64,000 nt of DNA from Octopus sinensis (lineage: Eukaryota), in NCBI RefSeq assembly GCF_006345805.1, contig NC_043000.1, positions 12,028,001 through 12,092,000 of the forward strand, in the 5' to 3' direction. The notes under the pieces were generated by a model, which was not told the DNA's origin, did not search any database, and saw only the letters and a list, made by a program, of their open reading frames with translations. The position numbers were made by a program, and so were the translations under genes. Below are positions 55,679 through 64,000 of the stretch, piece after piece (the first letter of the stretch is position 1; each line of letters starts with the position of its first letter).

Positions 55679-56193
55679 GAACTGTTAGTTGAATGTAACT
55701 GGCAAAAAAACCTTCCCGTTCCTCATGCACATAAAGAGATATATGCTCACATAAAGAAAGAGAGAGAGAGAGGGGGAGGGAAAGAGAGGGAGAAACTGAA
55801 AGACAGAGAGACAGAGAGAGAAAGGTAAAGAACGAGGGAAACATTTAAACGTCTGATGTAAAATAAGTCAGCGTCGAATCAGCGATGCCAAAACGGCTAC
55901 GTCGAAATCATTCAAAATGTAGAGGGATTTGGACGACAATGATGATGTAGAGATGGAAGAGCTGTTGCAGCGGCAGCTTCTGGTTTCCCATACAACTCAA
56001 ACTTCCTCTGATTTGTGTGCTTCAGAAAGAACGCTCAAGAGTCGCATCAACACAGAACGCAGCCATTTTGTTTTAAATGTTTTCTCCATCCATAACAGAG
56101 ATTGTTCTACAATTAGAGACGGATGAGTGGTGTGCAGCGTGGTCGCAATTCAAAAATCGAAATCTATAAAAGAACATAAATAGATACATACAT

Positions 56194-56580
56194 AGGTGCA
56201 GACGTAGCTGTGTGGTAAGAAGTTTGCTTTCCAACCGCATGGTTCCGGTTTCAGTCCTACTGCATGGTACCTTGTGCAAGTGTCTTCTACTATAACCACG
56301 GGCCGACCAAAGCCTTGTTAGTAGATTTATTAGACAGAAACTGAAAGAAGCCCGTCGTATGTGTGTGTGTGTTTTCATTTCGCCTCCATTGCCTGACAAC
56401 CGATGTTGGTGTGTTTTGTCCCTGTAGCTTAGCGATTCGGCAAAAGTACCCGATAGAATAAGTACCAAGCTTTAAAAATAAGTACCAAGGTCGATTCGTT
56501 CGGCTAATATTCTTCAAGGCGGTGCCCCAGCATGGTCGCAGTCTAATGGCTGAAACTAGTAAAAGAAGATAAAAGAAAAT
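56194..56580 (+). mobile_element. Family-D SINE
   Basis: Head, short (TG)n and tail. Confidence 0.85.
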
Positions 56581-56623
56581 ATACCCACGGGTGTATGAGC
56601 TCCCCAGATCGTACTCTCTAAAC

Positions 56624-57528
56624 CAGTTGTTCTCAAATTTTTCAAAAGTTTTTACCGTTTTTCCCCTATAAAATGCAGGATAATCATTATGGTAAAAAAA
56701 TGACATACATTCGTGTAACCATAATTTCCGGACTATGAACCACATGTCCCATAGACCGGTAACCCTGAAAACCACAACTTAATCCAGGGCAATGTCCTAT
56801 TGGGATACAATAAATGCACATGAAAATATGAGGAATCAGTTGATCAATTACTCTTTTACTCTTTTACTTGTTTCAGTCATGTGACTGTGGTCATGCTGGA
56901 GCACCGCCTTAAGTCGATCAAATCGACCCCAGGACTTATTCTTTGTAATCCTAGTACTTATTCATACGGTCTCTTTTTTTCCGAACCGCTAAGTTATGGG
57001 GACGTAAATACACCAGCATCGTCAAGCGATGTTGGGGGGGGGACAAACAGAGACACACAAACACACATATTTACATATATACGACGAGCTTCTTTCAGTT
57101 TCCGTCTACCAAATCCACTCACAAGGCTTTGGTCGGCCCGAGGCTATAGTAGAAGACACTTGCCCACTTGCGTGGCACCGAACCCGGAACCATGTGGCTG
57201 GTAAGCAAACTACTTACCACACAGACACTAATTGGTTACAAAACAAATTAGAAACGAAAAATACCAACAATACATACAAGATCAACGGTTCTACCCGCAT
57301 ATTTTCTATTGGCCACTGACACTTGTACAACAAGTGTGATTAGCAAATGAGTGTGCAAGAGTGGCATGGGTTTTTGAGGCCAATGGCGAAAAAGGATGAT
57401 AGCATGCTAAAAATTGAAAGGCTTGAAATTTTAAAATTTAACTGTCTCAAGCTAATCCGTTTTCACAATATCTCAGCTGCCCTTCGCGGTTCCCTAAGGG
57501 ACCGCGGATCCCAGATTGAGAACCATCG
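56624..57528. mobile_element. hAT (Charlie-like) non-autonomous element with nested family-D SINE (56848-57225, minus)
   Basis: TIRs CAGTTGTTCTCAA / TTGAGAACCATCG; 8-bp TSD CTCTAAAC (56616-56623) / TTCTAAAC (57529-57536). Confidence 0.75.
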
Positions 57529-58004
57529 TTCTAAACGATGACCTCCTATACAATCCCAAAACAGCTGGACTAGCATATAACCGCAAAAAAGATCTGGATG
57601 CGAAACACTCAGCAAACAGTTAAAGATTAATGCATGAATATGTGTTCCGAAGACTTAAAGACGATAGTAATACCGATATGATTAGCAGCCTCTCTTTTAT
57701 TCGTGACCACCACATCACATTACACTACAAAGGCTATGCATTTGCAACTCAAGAGCCAGAGATGGCAATGAAATAGCAAAAGACACGGTGAAGCCCTTGG
57801 AACCCCAAGATGCAAGCGACAATATTGATTATGTCACATTTCTGTGGAAGAGATCACACGTGTGAACAGCACTCGCTTAGAAAGGTCATCAGAGTACTTA
57901 CTACTCCCCAATTTGACAACGACGATGTCGGTAAAACAACATACAATGTCATCTGAAGAAAAGCTTTTCCTGCGATAAATACAGAGACTATCGCTGTCAT
58001 TAAA

Positions 58005-58399
58005 TCTCTGTATATATAAAGCTGAAGTTGTCTGTGTATGGCAGGTTTGGTAGCCTTCAATTAACACTATCTCCTCCGAGACCCTGCGGCGTAAGTTGAC
58101 CAAAATTGAGAGTATGATAGAAGAAGGCTTGCTCTTCCTTCCGTAGAAGATAAAATTCAAATCGGACCATGTTAACACCAAAAATTATTTACATTAAAAA
58201 GGTGCTTTTTTTTCTTTGAAAATCCCTATTTTTTTAACGATTTTTTGACTGCTGTGTCGCCAATTTTCGGTGTATTTCAACCAGAAAAATTTTCATTTAA
58301 AGAGAATAACAAGTTACATAATACAAAACTTTTACTTTTCAAAAATTCCAATTGTAAAGGGTCGAAACAAACCCGAGCAACGCCGGTCGATACTGCTAG
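58005..58399 (+). mobile_element. Non-autonomous Helitron (same ends, different interior)
   Basis: A|TCTCTGTATATATAAAGCTGAAGTTGT...ACAAACCCGAGCAACGCCGGTCGATACTGCTAG|T. Confidence 0.85.
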
Positions 58400-58419
58400 T
58401 ACATAGATAAACATCAATA

Positions 58420-58815
58420 TAATAAATATTGATAGGAATTTCCCATCAAAACTTCAACCAAGTGCAAACGTAACAAGCCGGATGTCGTTGCTTGGGATAG
58501 AAAAGAAAATGTATGTACCTTCAGTGAGATCATTTGTCCTGCTCATATGAACATCTCTTCGAAAAATCAAGGGGCAAGGGGATACCTACAAGTAACAGCT
58601 TCAAAATCTTCAGCTTCCTATACCCAGATTATCAATTCACATTTATGCCAATAATAATCGGTGCCCTTGGTTTTTCTGAGTAACAAATTGCTGAAAGCTC
58701 GCGTTCTTAGATAAAGAAATCAACCGGCAAACACACACACACACACAACGAATACAATCAGTAAGCGGAACAGTGAAGATCGGCAAAACTTTTCTCAGAT
58801 TCAAAATGTGACATT
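58420..58815 (+). mobile_element. Decayed RLE-type (R4/Dong-like) LINE 3' fragment
   Basis: KCKRNKPDVVAWDRKENVC..EIICP..FMPIIIGALG; related decayed sequence at 57540-57840. Confidence 0.6.
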
Positions 58816-58914
58816 ATTTTTTTATTATCTCCATACCAACGATGGAGCTTTGTAACTGAGAAAACCAGCCTCTTTCTCACAGGAAGACTTCAAATAATTA
58901 ATAACAGAACAGAA

Positions 58915-61430
<2,516 letters not shown>

Positions 61431-61519
61431 TCTGTCTACTGCTGCCTACCAAGTTATTTTTCTCCTGCCTTATTTGTCGCTGTCGTGTCACGTTGTATAT
61501 AACTACGCACGGATGGTAA

Positions 61520-62034
61520 GCGTTGGGTGATGTGTCGATGGTGGCGGTGGTGTCGGTGGTGGTACGGGGTGACAGCAGTCTCGATGGTTGGGAGGTGGTA
61601 GCAGTTGATGGCGATGGCGGCGATAGCAGTGGCGGCAGTGGCAGTGGCGGCGGTGGCGGTGGCGCCGGTGGTGGTTGCGGTGGTGATGGTAGTGGTGGTG
61701 GTGGTGGTAGTGGTGGTGGTGGTGGTTGGTGATGACAGTATTGGTATTTGTAGAGATGGTGCCGGAGAAGGTGAGGCGGCGAGTGTAACAGTGGGGGTGA
61801 CAGTTCTAGAGTCTTGCGTTAGATAGTGCATGGTTAGTACTTATGATGGTCGTGGGAGGGTGGCAATAATAATAATAATAATAATAATTGCAGTAGTGGT
61901 GGTGGTAGTGTTGTTGTTGATTGCTTTGACGGTAATGATGTGATGGTCGTTGTGGTGTTTGTGACGTTGTGCTGGTGGTGGTGGTAGTGGTAATGTTGGG
62001 AGTGCTGGTGACGTCGTTGTGGCAGTGATGATGG

Positions 62035-62072
<38 letters not shown>

Positions 62073-62139
62073 TGGTGGTGGTGGTGGTGGTGGTGTGGTG
62101 GTGATGGTGGTGCTGGTGCTGGTGGTGGTGGTGGTGTGA

Positions 62140-62173
<34 letters not shown>

Positions 62174-63430
62174 GGTGGTGGTGGTGGTGATGATGATGAT
62201 GGTGGTGATGATGATGGTGGTGGTGGTGGTGGTGATGATGATGATGGTGGTGGTGGTATTGGTGGTGGTGGTCATGTCGTTAGAGGTACTGGTGGCGTTG
62301 CAGTGGATCGCCGTCGGTTGTGGTGTTAATGGTGTTAGTGATGGTGGTGGTGGTGGTGGTGGTGGTGGTGGTGGTGGTGATGGTGGTGGTGGTGGTGGTA
62401 TTGGTGGTGGTGGTCATGTCGTTAGAGGTACTGGTGGCGTTGCAGTGGATCGCCGTCGGTTGTGGTGTTAATGGTGTTAGTGATGGTGGTGGTGGTGGTG
62501 GTGGTGGTGGTGGTGGTGGTGGTGGTGGTGGTGATGGTGGTGGTGGTGGTGGTGGTGGTGGGTGGTGGTGGTGAGGAGTGTATCGTTGGCGGGTGTGATG
62601 GTGGCGGCGACGAGGACAACGGCGGCGGTTTTCATAATGGTGCTAAATGGTGGTTTAGTGATGTCGAAGGTGGCGGTGTTACGATAGGATAATGGTGCCG
62701 GTGATGGTGGCGGCGGTGGCGGCGGCGGTGGCGGCGGTGGTAGTGGTGGTGGTGGTCGTTGCTGTGGTTTGCAGAGTAGTAGTAGTGGTGGTGGTGGTGG
62801 TGGTTTAACCGTAACCACCCCATCTGGAACGCCTTTGATCAGTTCTGTTCAGTCAAGGTTGACCTGAGGTAACTCGTATTATTGTTGTTGTCGTTGTTGG
62901 TGGTGTTGGTGTTGGTATTGGTGGTGGTGGTGGTAGTGGTGGTATTAGTGGTGTAGGTGGTGTTGGTACTGGTGGTGGTGGTGGTGTTGGTACTGGTGGT
63001 GGTGGTGGTGGTATTAGTGGTGTAGGTGGTGTTGGTAGTGGTGGTGGTGGTGGTGGTGTTAGTGGTGTTGGTGGTGATGGTAGTGGTGGTGGCGGCGGGG
63101 AGTTATGGATATGGATGTAATGACGGTGTCGAAGGTGAACGTGGTTGGGGGTGGTGATAGTGGTATGGTGGAGGTGGAGGTGGAGGTTACATAGTGGTAT
63201 GGTGGTGGTGTTGGTGGCGATCGTATTGATGTTGGCGGGGATGATGGTGATGATGATGATGATGGTAGTGGTTATAGTGGTGATGGTGATGATGATGGTC
63301 GTGGTGGTGGTGGTGGTAGTGGTGGCGGTGGTGATGGTGGTGGTGGTGGTGGTGGTGGTGGTGGTGACGGTGGTGGTGATGTTTGTGATGGTGATAATGG
63401 ATAAAAGTTGACGGTGACGTGGATGGTACT
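61520..63430. repeat. (GGT)n/(GAT)n compound trinucleotide block
   Basis: Direct inspection. Confidence 0.95.
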
Positions 63431-64000
63431 GTTGTTGAAGCCATAAAGTCAGCCTTAATCCAGCAAACCGATGATTAAAGACACTCCAGTCTGACCATCT
63501 CGTCTTATTTGGAATGTGTAGAACTGAATTATCCAACGTGTCCGTTCCTTTTGCACGACGGTAGAACGTGGTTTAAGGGAGGATTTAGCTGCCATTTCTA
63601 GCAGGCCGAACGATCACCTAAATGCTTCCTTGTCATCTCATATTGACGGGTGTTGGTTGTGATGGTAACGGTTGTGGAGCGACGGTGATGGCGTTGGCGG
63701 TGGTGGTGGTGATGGTTGTGGTGGTATTAGTGATGGTGGTTGTGGTGGTGACAGTAGTGTTTAGCCATAGGTCATACTAGATTTTAAAAAAAAAACTATG
63801 ATCGAAGACGTTCTAGCCGTGACCTTCCTGACTTGTGTTCAAACATAGTAAACATAAGATGTTTCCTTCGTTTTTTAAACAAATAAGTCGTGATTTCACC
63901 GAGATTTGGCTGCTATTTCCAAGAGGTCGAACAAGCACGTCGAGGCTCTCTCGTTAGTTCGTAAGTATTGTCAATGGCGATGATGATGATGATGATGTCG

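Overview
Repeat-dominated eukaryotic DNA, most likely an octopus (coleoid cephalopod) genome; this is an inference from the tRNA-derived SINE families and the very dense (TA)n/(CA)n/(TACA)n/(TAA)n/(GGT)n microsatellites. I can support no intact host protein-coding exon, and most ORF-track entries are microsatellite artefacts. The first ~2.1 kb is unique, CpG-rich and promoter/first-exon-like. The rest is nested mobile DNA: five SINE-like families (labelled A-E here), CR1-, RTE- and R4/Dong-type LINE remnants (the last stacked in TAA arrays), a decayed Tc1 and a maT/mariner-like transposon, non-autonomous Helitrons and Helentron-type elements, a hAT element and a long-TIR element. The most notable signal is a set of short Penelope-like remnants, mostly lodged in (TA)n arrays, that carry minimal hammerhead-ribozyme (HHR) folds. 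Two look structurally complete (9340-9419 minus, 11366-11414 plus) and several carry recurrent non-canonical cores. Repeat boundaries are approximate unless a TSD or terminus is cited.
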